Assembly (NCBI GenBank): GCA_964019335.1
Contig: OZ025657.1
Location: 744,001-808,000 of the forward strand
Length of the DNA: 64,000 bases
Direction of reading: 5' to 3'
DNA from: Diplonema japonicum
Lineage: Eukaryota > Protista > Euglenozoa: Diplonemea
The notes below the pieces were generated by a model. That model ran no database searches, was not told the DNA's origin, and saw nothing but the letters and a program-made list of their open reading frames with translations. The number at the start of each line of letters is the position of its first letter. Positions within the stretch are counted from its first letter, which is position 1. A program made the position numbers and the translations under genes. Shown here one piece after another: positions 34,201 to 46,200 of this stretch.

Positions 34201-37200
34201 ACTGAGTCGGCTACATGCTGCAGCAACGAGCTCTGGAGGTTCGGCCCTCTCTACAACGGGAGCAGCGAGATGCTGTCCGACTCGCCGATGTGGGAGAAGC
34301 TGGACGTGTCTGGAGGGCCAGTTGGAGCAATCCATATGGCCCACTCCACGGGGGTTGCGCATGGGCAGAAGTTGTACGTATTCAGCGGGATTGGTGGGGA
34401 CAACACAGTTGACATGGCGAACGCGCCGGTCGCAGGCGGTGGTCTCGGGAGCAACCAGCTATTCTCAGTAGACCTGCAAGCAGCGCTCGGGACGAGCGTG
34501 GCGGGGGTAAAGCTTAACTGGCAGAGAGTGAAGCTTTCGACATCGTCGCCTCTTCCGCGTGGTCGTGTACAGGCCTCATCGGTCCTCCACGAAGGGAAAT
34601 GGTACGTGGTGGGCGGGGCGTTCTGGCCTAGCTCAACATCGAGGGCAACACCGACTGGTGAGGTGTGGTCGCTCGACCTGGAGGAGATTACGTCGTCCGG
34701 AATTGGGATGTGGAGACTGGAGAACGGAGTCGGGCCTGCGATGGCAGGCGGGGCAGTCGCGCTTGATCCTCTCCGTGGTCAGATCCTGGTCTTCGGGGGC
34801 TCAAGCTCAGTGACCGGCCAGTTTGGGGCAAAGGTAGCAGCGAAGTCGTCGGCGGATGTGCAACGCTTCGATCTGGAGAAGCAACGCTGGTTGACAGCAC
34901 CTGACAACGGACTAACAGTTGGGATGGCGGGGTGCACATCACGCGCAGGACTTGTGTGGAGTGGTTGGAATGTAACGACAACCGGCGAGTCGGACGATGG
35001 CACACCAAACTTCCTGACCCGGTGCGGCATGAAGGATGAAACGGGCTGCAAGGTAGGAGCAGCAACATGCTCAGCGCAGTCCACTCAGGTGGCATGCCTA
35101 GCTGCGGCAAATGCCACAGATGGGTGGCTGTGCGGCTGGGACGCGATGCTGGAAACGTGCGTTGAGGGGTGCGTTTGGAAAGTAGGTGGAGACACGGACA
35201 CAGGCGTGGTCCCTGCAAAGCGCACCTTTGCAGCTCAGGCTACCGGTCAAGTGTACATGGATCCTGCTGATGGACAGACCAAAGTCTACTTCTTCGGTGG
35301 AGCAGCTGCCCCCTCACCTGAGTCGTCGATTCTGTGCCGAGACTACACGGTGACGAACATCCGAACAAACACCGAGGTGGCGATCTACTGTGCTGGAGAC
35401 TCGGAAGTGTGGACGCTTGGTCCGCTGGCACGTGCGAACAGCGACCCTTACAAGAGACACGCTTGGGATACGTTGCCGTTTGGCCAAGCCTGCAAAGACC
35501 CGGATGCAATGGCAACCGGAAGCAACTGCGGAAAGGTCGGTTGGAGATCCAGAAGGAAATGCGAACGAACGACGGCTGCGGATGGAATCGCTGTATGTGT
35601 GTGGACGGGTCAGACCGGGTTCGCCGAGGAGCAGTGTGATGCCGTAGACGGGGCTGGGTGTGCAACTCTCAGTGGGGCAAGGTCGAGGATCGAAGACTCG
35701 ACGGCAGAGTTTGACCAGGTGGCGGTGAGTTCTGTACGAGCCCTCCCTGGGGATTACCAGTACTGTGCTGGAAAGGACGCTGCCAACACAGACAAGTGCG
35801 ACGCGCTGGCAACGGAGGCGCAATGCATCGCTGACGCTGACTGCCACTGGCAGGTGAGTTCGTTAACGAGGCAAATGGCAGTGCAGCTGCAAGCGACAGT
35901 GAAGTGCTCGAGGCCTCGCCCTCGAAGCCCATGCCCGACTGTGCAGCCCGTGTTGCTTCCGCTGGTTAGGTGTGCAAGGTGCCAACTTACAGTGATGCCT
36001 GGAGCGACTCCGCGGACAGGTCCAAGGTCTGCTCTTGCAGGGAAGCATTTCATCGGAGGCACCGGCAACGATGCATCACCATTTGGTAACTTACACGGAA
36101 CTGGTCCGGTCGAGGTGGGGGTGACCGGTCCGCTTGGAAGGAAACTGAATGCGGACGACTTGACGGAGGTCATTGGGGGCACAGGGATCAGGTTGAGGAT
36201 GGTGCGATTCTCGCCACCGACTGCATCTGTATCGGCAGATCCGCTGCCACCCCTGGACGTGGTTGACGACAGTGTGACTCTCGGGGACGGTGTTACGAAG
36301 GTGCCTGGAGCAATCTTCAACTCGGTGAACTGGAGCATTAGCAATGCGCCGTCAGCTGCGTGGATCCTCGCAGAACACGACAATGGGGTGTGCCAGGACA
36401 GTCAACCGTGGCCGTTGAATGTGGTTCCTGACGAAGCGTGCGACTGGATAATCTCACAGAGAAGGACAGTGAGGGCGGGAGAAGCATTTTCTGTGAACGT
36501 ACTGCTGCAGGACACTCTTGGAAACATTGCCTACTGTGGCGTGCAACAGGATGCATGGAGGAAGCCGGTGAAAGGCGGGCGCGTTCTAAGGTCGTCTTCG
36601 CTGGTCCCAGACTGGGAAGGGTGCAAAAAGCTCTGTGATGACAACGCTAGGTGCATAATGTGGAACTACGCGGCAGATGACGTAGAGGTGTCCGTTGCAG
36701 CAGGGAAAGAGCTTGTACCCGCAAAGACATGCAAGCTATACCGCGGGGTCGGGAAGATCGAGCTGAACGGATGGATGCGCGTCGAAGGAGCGGTGACTGG
36801 TGTCCCCGGAACTATCCCGTGCCCGGAGGGGGCTTACCTGAAGATGGAAGCAGCAGCTTCATCGTCGATAAAAACAGGAGAAGTGACGCCACCACAGGGC
36901 CAGCTCTTCTCGGAGAAGCATGGGCTAGGGGAGTCTGTGTGTTACTTGTCAGAAACCTTGGAGGGGCTGGAGGCAAATACCAAGGAACAGTGCCTGCAGT
37001 GCTGCCGAAAGAATGGGCAGCCGTACCTCGTGGAACACTGGAACCCAGCGGACGAGACGTACGTGTGCGGGTGCTCAGGGGCAGGTACAAGTGGAGACTG
37101 GACAGAAGCAACAAAGTGCTTCGGCGAAGCAGCTGAGGGACTTGGACGCTACATCACCGTGTCAGAAGTAATCAAAGAATTCCGAGAGAAGATAGACAAC

Positions 37201-40200
37201 CACGCACTAACTTACGACACGTTGTGGCACAACCGAGCCGAGTCAATAGTACTGCTGTTCGAACACACTGTGAGAATTGACTGTCCTGTGCGTTTCTCGC
37301 AGGAGATCGTGGTTACGCCGGGAGATCCGCACCACCTGAACCGTGTGGAGGCTCCAACAAAAGTGTACGCTAGCCTTTGCGGGCCCGACGAGGCATTTGA
37401 AATATCATTTGAGATCGTGGACTTCTGGAACAACCGCGTGAAGGTTGGCCACAACATGGTGCTCCAGCTGCACGAAGGAACGGGCTACCTGGATGGCGAG
37501 GTGGTACAGTCCGTTGCGGGGCTAGTGAAGTTCACAGTAGAGTACTCTGTGGCAGAGAGCATTGTGCTGCAAGCGGTAGATCTGGATATCTCAGGGGGTG
37601 GGGAGGAAGAAGAAGAACAGGAAGAAGCGGCGGAGGCGCTGGAGCTCAGTGCAAATGCACCGAAGTGTTTGGAGAATTGCTATGGAAACAGCTGCAAGAA
37701 TCCAACCCCAAGCAGGTGCTGCAAACTAAGCGCACGGATTGAAGTGCTCTCCGGGCCAGCCTCGAAATTGGTGACGACAAAGCAGCCGCCACCTAAAGCC
37801 AGGAGTTACGCAGGCGGTGAATGCTCTTCGTTCTGGTATGAAGTGGAGCTGCAGGACATGTGCGGGAACCCGGTGACGGCAAAGACAAGCGGAAAATACG
37901 CACCAGCCTACGCAGATGCTGAGCTGGAGATCTCGGTCGGAACGCAGAATCCAGAGCTGTACGACGTGGAGGAGGGAGAGGGACCACGTGACGTGCACGG
38001 CATATTGAGTGATCTCGTTCTTAGGGATGGTAAAGCAAAGATCGAGGCGACGCACTCGCGTGCAGATTGCGGGGTCTCGATGACGGTGTCCGTGGGTGGT
38101 GCCGCAGGGGCAACTATTCAGCCTGCTATGCCAAACGAGGTGTGTGTAAGACACTGCGTACCAGACCGTCTGCGCATCGTGGAGCCAGCATCGTGCCACG
38201 ATACGACACTTGAAGCGCTGGCAGTGACTGGGGCAGCTTACACCATGTCGCCTATCGAGGTGGTGGTGTTGGATGGTGATGACAACTTGTGTGACACAGA
38301 GAACCCCATACTAAGTCGCAGGATCGGATGTTACAAGGACCAAGCTGGGACGGCGATGCCGAACCCCATGCTGATCCCAGAGGCGGACTTCTCGATTGAG
38401 GCGTGCATGAAGGCATGCTCGAGTGGCGGCTTTGACCACTTTGGTTTGCAACAGGGGAGCCTTTGCTACTGCGGGAGCGGTACCGAGTACGCAAAGTATG
38501 GAGAAAACGAGGAAACTGATTGTGGGACACCGTGTTCAGGTGGGATGGACCACAACTGCGGGGGAGAGAACGCAAACGCGGTGTACCAGATCATGACTTC
38601 ATACGCTGTAGTGCAACTGAACGCCCGTGATTACCGTCTGTACGGTGGTGGGGTACTGGACCCACGTGCAACAGAAGACTCGACGGCAGGGAACGGTGGC
38701 GAGCTCGTTGGGGAGCTTACATCGCCGACAGTGGCAGGAGAGGCGGTTCTGGATAACGCAGTGTGGGTTCCGGATGCTGGAGCGACGAGGCGCGCATGCA
38801 AGCAGAACCCGCTTGGAAACGAGAACTGCACAGGTCAGATCACGATTCAGGCGGTAGACGCAAGCGGGCAGGTAACGGGAGACTCGTGTAACATGGAAGT
38901 GAAGGCGGACCAGGTTACATGCAAGGCAGGAGTACTGGAGACTAGGGTCGGAGAGCGCTTTGACCTGTGGTCGTGGATTAACCCCGTGTCAGGGCAGACG
39001 TTGCAGAGCGATATCAACATCACAGTGTTTGATGAGAGTGGCGACCTAGTTGCAGATCCGCAGGATGGGGTGAACGGCGTGATGCGCGGAAACTTCACGC
39101 GTTTCGTGATGCCGATCGATAAAATGGCGGTCCCGAACACGCGGGATGAGGCTGTGTGGTTCAACGGTCTCTACTACCAGAGCAACATCCCGCGGACAAA
39201 GGGGTCTGTGACGCGTAGGATCAAGATCCAGTCGACCTACGCGCAAGAGTGCACGGTGACGGTGAAGGTGTGGCCAGGAAGGTCAAAGACCTGCGCTCTG
39301 ACACCTCCGCAGAGGTCATGCTTCTCAGCAGGCGAGCCTTTCAACGCAAAGATAGAGGTGCGGGACGAGGTTGGGAACCCAGTGGCGAAAGACCGCGTGA
39401 GGTGCCTGGTGCGCCATGCTGGAGCGTCATGCCCTGCACCGTTGAAGCTTGTAGGAGCGGTTCCCCAGAGCGCGGGCGAACTGGCGTCGTTGAAGAGGCT
39501 GTTCAACGAAAATGAACGCTCCGAGATGCTGCGTCTTGGGGTGATGACAAGAAGGAGGAGCGGTGTGCTGGAGCTGTTTGCCGAAGACACGCTGCAATAC
39601 ATCGGCGACCTGAGCCCGTTTGGAGCCGGCGGGATTGCCTGGTCTGGTGGAGTGCCACCTGCAGATATGGCGGTGCTGGCACAGCAGGTGCAGAACGGAG
39701 AGATGTGTATCGCATTGAGCAAATCGGTGCAGTTTACGCCGAGCCCGTCAGCGGCAGTGACTTTCAAATACGAATGGAAGGTTGTGGATTGCGGCACTCT
39801 CACAGAGAGCGTCTGCTCGGACGTTGCGGCGGGTGCTGATTGCAATGGAGCGGCCTCCACAATGTCTGTGGCGAGAATGTCGCTTGTCGGCTCTGTGATC
39901 GGAGAAGGCGGGGAGGACGAGATCGATGGAGAGACGATGATCCCTGCTGACTCCGGTCTCATGGAGTTTGTTGGGCTGTCGTACACTCGCGCAGCCAGGA
40001 GCAGACAGTTCTCCGTGACGGTGGCAGGGCCAACCGGGGAAGATTTGCCAGAGTGTTCAGACGTGCAGTTCATCTTAGACGTGTCACCGGCACTGCCACG
40101 CGAGCTCTCGTCAGAGATCTGGGCAGATGAGGAAGTTGCCCCAGGGGTAGTATGCATGAGCTGCAGCCCGCACGATGAGTTCACCATCAGAGTACGAGCT

Positions 40201-43200
40201 CTCGATGAGTACGGGAACCATGCTGGTAGCTGGGAGTGTCCGGCACCACACAATCTGGATGTGAGGCGGAAGGTCGGGAGGCTGAACCTGCAGGTTGTGG
40301 AAGGGACTGGCAGGTTGGTAACGAGGAACGGGAGGAGGCACCGTGGAGCGTGGCCCGGGTACAAGTTGCACCAGGGAACTGTCGAATTCCGTGGGTTGCG
40401 CTACACGAGGGCCGAGGTGGCGACCTTCCACGTAAATCCGAGGCAATGGGCCTCTAGTTTGGGAGATGCCCCGAGCGGACCAACGGAAAGCTTGCGCTTC
40501 CACGCATGCTATCCTTGGAGGGTAGAGTATACCCAGGTTCCAGACCTTGTGGTTGCTGGGAAGCCTTTCCGTGTAGACCTTGAGATCAAAGACAGGTACG
40601 GAAACGTGCTGACGTTTGACCCTTATGGGCTGGTGTCGAGCCGCAACCCGGTGTTCGACTTCACGTACTTACACACGATGCATAAGAACTCGCCAAGCCG
40701 CGAGGAGCTCGAGCTGGTGGATGCGTACCCCGGGGATCCAGGGCGCCACGCATATTTGATCACACAGACGAGAATTCTGTGGGTGGTGCGTAAGGTCTTC
40801 ATGGACGGCTTCGGCGACTCAGTATTGGTACTGGTACGCGTCGACCCGCGAATGTATGCGGTCTTCAACCTGAAGCGCTCCACGATTAGGGAGAGTGGGC
40901 TGATGTGCCGCCGTTCGCGATTCAGGAACCTGCGTGACAGGGTGACCCTGAACCTTTACCACAACGAACCGACTCAGTTGCTGCCGCCCGAGCACGACCT
41001 GCAGGTGCAATTCGACCAGCCATTTGACTTTGGGGTGCGCACTATCCAACTTGACCGATTCGACAATTTCGCCTGGGATAAGGGGTCGAGATACGGGGTC
41101 ATAGGCTGCAAGATCGAAAGAAACTACATGCGTTTCGGAGACCTGACGGACACATTGTACGACGCACCGACCGACGACAACGCCGCGCAAGTGGAGCTAC
41201 GTGTGGCAGGGACCTTGGCTACTTTCGATCCAACTTCTTTCATTGACGATTTTGCTGCTGTTGCTGGGATCGACCCTTCGGTTGTCACCATAGTCAGTGT
41301 GCAAGAAGTGACTGGTGACCCGAACGCCGTAGCATCGACGTCGTCGGGAAGGAAGCTTCAAGCAAGCCTGACGTTCCTGATCATCATTGTTGAGTGTCGT
41401 GTTCCTGGAGCGTCCAAGGTCATTTCGAACTATGTTGCCTTCACGATTGCTGTACTGGCGAAATGCGATGTGGTTACTGGGTCAGCAGAGGACTGCTGTA
41501 CTCTCGGAAGAAACGGGAGGCGAGTGTGCATGGGTGGAGTGGCATGCGTACGCAACTGTATCGTTGCAGCGCCGAAGGTGAAGCAAATTCCAGGGGTCCC
41601 AATCAACTTCCCTCCCGAGGCAACACCTGTGACTCCCCCTGTGGAACCTAAAGTTCCTTTGGACCCGCCAAGTGTGGTCCCTGAAGGGAAAGCGAACCCT
41701 CCAGTTGGTAGTCCTCCCGTCGGCGGCCCTCCAGTTGGTGGTCCCCCAGTTGGTGAACCCCCAGTTGGTGGTCCCCCAGTTGGTAGTCCCCCAGTTGGTG
41801 GTCCACCAGTTGGTGGTCCGCCAGTTGGTAGTCCCCCGGTCGGCAGTCCCCCAGTTGGTAGTCCCCCGGTTAGTCCACCAGTTAACCCCCCTGTGACTGC
41901 CCCCCAGAGTCCCCCTGTGAGTCCTCCAATAAGTCCTCCTGCAGATGCACCTTTCAGCCCCCCCGTGGAGTCGCCTCTCGATGCCGTAGTGGGTAATCCG
42001 GTGGACAACAGTTCGGTGCCAGAAGGTCCCGAAAGTGTACCTGTGATGACACCAGAGGCGACGCCTGTTACAGCACCGGTGGAAAATAACGATACAACAC
42101 CTTACACCCCTCCTGTGGAACCACCAACACCGCAGGAGTCTCCTGCAGACCAAGCCATCGGTGCACCTGATGAAAATGCAACGTCACCCGACGCGTCACC
42201 GCTGATGGACAACGCAACGTCACCTGATGATAATACCACTGCATCCAGCTCGGCAGCGAGGAAGCTGATGCAGTTCCAGTCACCGGCAGACATCTACTTC
42301 GCAGAGCATGAGCTTGAGCGGGGGCTGACGAACGCACTGCTGTCACCTGACCCGGTATCCGGGGAGTACCCTGAGAAGCAGTACTTTGTGCCGCAGCTGC
42401 TCATGGGTACAAGAACTGATTTGTCAACTGCAACAGGTGCTTCACCCTATTATGGTGGTCACGTGTGGTTCCGTGAATCCTTCACGAGAATGATGCGCGG
42501 GACATTCACATTGATGTTGACGTGCGAACGTTTGACGCCGTCGAAAGTGCGTGTGGACGACCCCGCAGCGCCAGACACGTACCGTGTGGAGACGGGGCTA
42601 ATCGAAGTGGCACAGAACAAGATGGACGTGGTGAAGGCACCAGTGGAAAATCTGTGTCGCAGGGCTGGGGATGAGTTTTCTCATACTGTCAGGCTGTTGC
42701 TCCCTTCTGGAGAGACTCCTACATCGGCACCGTTCAACGTGCATCTCATGATTTTCTTGAGCAGCCAGTCTACGAAGATTGGGCCGTTTATGTGCGACGG
42801 GATCGTGGCGCCTGTACGTGGCGAGTTTGAGGGGACGTGCAGCATGAACACGGCTGCAGTTCCGAACCAGCCGAGAATTGATGGTATCGCAGCAAACTAC
42901 ACCCCTTCAGGAGGTGGGACCGGGATGGAGCGTGCGGAAAGGTGGACCATTCCGGAAACAATCACGGAAGTAGTGATCCAGCAAGACTCAGACCCTGCCT
43001 CGGAAGGGTACACTGCCGCGACAAGCACAGTGTCGGTTACATTCATCCCTGCATGTGCCTCAGAGCTCGTAGTGTTCGACCCGCCGCCCGAAGAGATTGT
43101 GGTGCACCAGCCGTTCACGGTAGGTGTAGATCTGTACGACAAGTACGGAAATCTGGGTGGTGACTTCACGGTGAGGATCCTTGCGTACGACGCAAGCCCC

Positions 43201-46200
43201 GTCGACCCCACAACCGGTCAGCTGAACACGGCAGCGAAATCCGTTCTGTTGCGTTCATCGCTCTTGGATGGCGGAAACACGTACAATGAAGCACCAACGT
43301 CTCAAGGAGTGCTGCAGTTCACAGACTTGTTTGTGGATGCAAGCTTCCTTCAGGAGTTACTCAGCAAGAGCCCCACGTCGCAAGGATACGTATGGCTTGT
43401 GGCACACGTTGTGCGCAACTCCGGCCGCGGCTGTGATGGTGCTTGCGACCCCTTCGACGGTGCTGGGGTGGCTTGCACTGCAGGAAGTGCTGTACTGTCG
43501 CAGGAGTTTGGATGCTTGTACAACGTAATGGAGCCGGTTCTAGTGACACCTGATGTGCCAGCGAACTGCGAGTTCTTAGAATTCCCAACTTTTATCGACG
43601 GAGGAATGGTGGCGGGCCCGCTGTTCGGCGAGAAGTTACGTGCACGAATCGTTGACAAGTATGGGCTGCCGATTCACGAGTCGAGCCCGCCTTTGACAGC
43701 GAACTTGGTACTCTTGCAGGGGAACTCGTTCCTAAGGAAGGGCTACAACTTTGAAGACTATGATGAGTCGAGGCAGATCACCTCATTCGAGACAGATGAT
43801 GAACTCGTGCTAGAAGGCCCTTCGTCCGTGAACATACAGGGACCTGGGATGTCAGTGTTGATCTGGGCCAGGCTCACAGCGCAAGGTCGGGTAGATCAGC
43901 CGCTCTTGGTACTGGAGGGGGACGTCTCCCTGTCAGTATCGTTAGAATGGCTGACAGTGAGTGCGACAGGTTCACAGAAGTTGCAGCAGACACTGGTGGT
44001 GAGGGCAGCAGGGGTTGATGTGGTGAATGTGCCTCTGGATGCTGACAGCATCCCAGACGATTGGGGCTTGTGGTCCACTTCGCTGACAAGGACAGGTAAC
44101 TTCGGACTGGAAATTGAGATCCTTTTGAACGACTTCCCTATCTTAAAGACTACAGTACAGTGCGGGTTTACAGACTGCTCTGGCGTTGCGGATCCGAAGC
44201 CACTGGCTTCTCTGACGAGGGTGAGGGTTGGAGCGGGCATTCGAGTCTTCGCGCTCCTGGTGACAGATCTACCAGCATTCAACCTAGTCTTTTTCGCACT
44301 CGGTGAGCACCTGCCCTTCGGAAGTGAAGGCAAGATCATGACTACTCCTACCGGGTGGTATTCAGGGATGCCGATGGAGCTGAGTTTCGACAACCCGATC
44401 AATGCTGCAAACCGATTCACTAAGAAGTACGGCGTGGCGGAAGAATGTGACCCCTCGTCTGAAGATGTTGTTGGCAGCACACTTGAGACAGAGCCTGTTA
44501 ACTGCATCCGACAGGGGCTTGCATACGAGCTGGTATGGGAGAACGTGTGGTATGGATTAGCGGAGACGATCGTGATTGGGATGGAAGTGCCCGGGCTTCC
44601 GACATGCATGACCCCGCCTATCATAGTGCGAGCTGGGCCACCGTACCAGCTCGCATGTAAGGATGTCGCCGAAGAAGCCACGTCTGGTGGCCCGTGGCCA
44701 AGCAGCGTGACAGTGCAGGACAGGATGGGGAACCAAGCCATGTGCTTCGGAGAGTTCACGGAATCGGATGGAACCGTGCGCGTGGTGGATTGCACACAAG
44801 GGGATGTGAAAGTGAAGGTGGCCGGATGGAACGAGTCGAAAGTACCACTGCTGCAACCACGATCGAAGACAACGGAAACCTTTGGGACAGACTCGGTGGC
44901 GTCGTTCGTAGTGAGGTACAACCAACCGCCACTGAACGCATTCCCATTGGGTGGTGCAAACGAGCTGACCGGAGCAGATGATGTCCCGCTGAACGGTGAC
45001 GCGGGTTTCGGTGAAGACTTCTCGAGTGCAAGTGCAGACGTTGAGGGATGGGACAAAACACCAGAGACGCCCTTGGCGCCTGCGAGCTACCGAGGAGATT
45101 GGATAGCCGTGGCTGGCGGCGGGGCGACTGGTGGGCGCTATTTCACCGTGTCTGCAGCGACGGCAGATGAACCGAACCCGTTGTTCATGCGCTACCTCAC
45201 AGATGGGAGAACAGACGCCAGCACGCAGTGTGCCCAAGGAGTACCCGAGTGCACACCGAAACAGGATCCAGAAACGGACGGCTGTTGTCAACTGAACGTT
45301 CCAGGGAGAGTCGTTGGCTCTGCACCGTACTCGTTGCAGTTCCGAGTGAGAGCAGAGGTAGCGGCCGACGGGGGCACTACGTCCGACAGCGCACGCGTGG
45401 AAGTAACGTACTGGAAGGGAGGATTGAGCCCCAGAGCGCTCCACACGGTCCGGCAGGTGTTGCAGGGGCCGAAATTGAGCGCGACATGGAAACAGTTCTC
45501 TGTCCCGCACACCTCGCCTGCGGGTGCTGTGTATGCATCTGTGCGGCTGTTGTGCTGGAAGAGAGACCCAAAGACAAACAAGGCAGGCAGTTTCGATGGA
45601 AAGTGTCGCATCGACTTCGACGAGGTAAACCTTGTGCGCTTGGAAGGAGAGGCTGTTTTCTTGAAGTACTCTAGCGACTTACCGAGGGACGCAGCGGGGA
45701 CAGAGCAGGTGAACTCTGTGGTGTGTGGTGCAACGATGGTGGTACCGGCAGTGATACCTGTGCCTCCCCCTGGTACTCCGTGTGATCCGTCGACATGCAA
45801 CAACCACGGGAGGTGCGACTCATCGTGGGTGTGTCCGCCAGACCTGACAGACAAGTTCCCGCCATACTGCTGCTCGCGAGCGCTATCGTTCTGTTGTGGC
45901 GGTCTGATGCGCGACACAGCCGACACAGAGTTTAGAACAAAGTGTGGGAACTTCTTCTGTAGCGGGATGGACGGCGAGGTTGAGGTTCCAAGAGCCTGCA
46001 CAGACTGCCACGATGACGAGGAACGTGGCCACTGGACTGGACCGAACTGTGAGAAATGCAAAGAGGACTTCTACGGCACTCAGTGCACTGAAAGGATCTG
46101 CCCGACAAACCCGAAGAATGGGAGGGAGTGTTCAGGACACGGTCTGTGCAGAAGCGATGGGCAATGTGTGTGCTTCGGTGAGTCTGCGACAGTACCTGGG

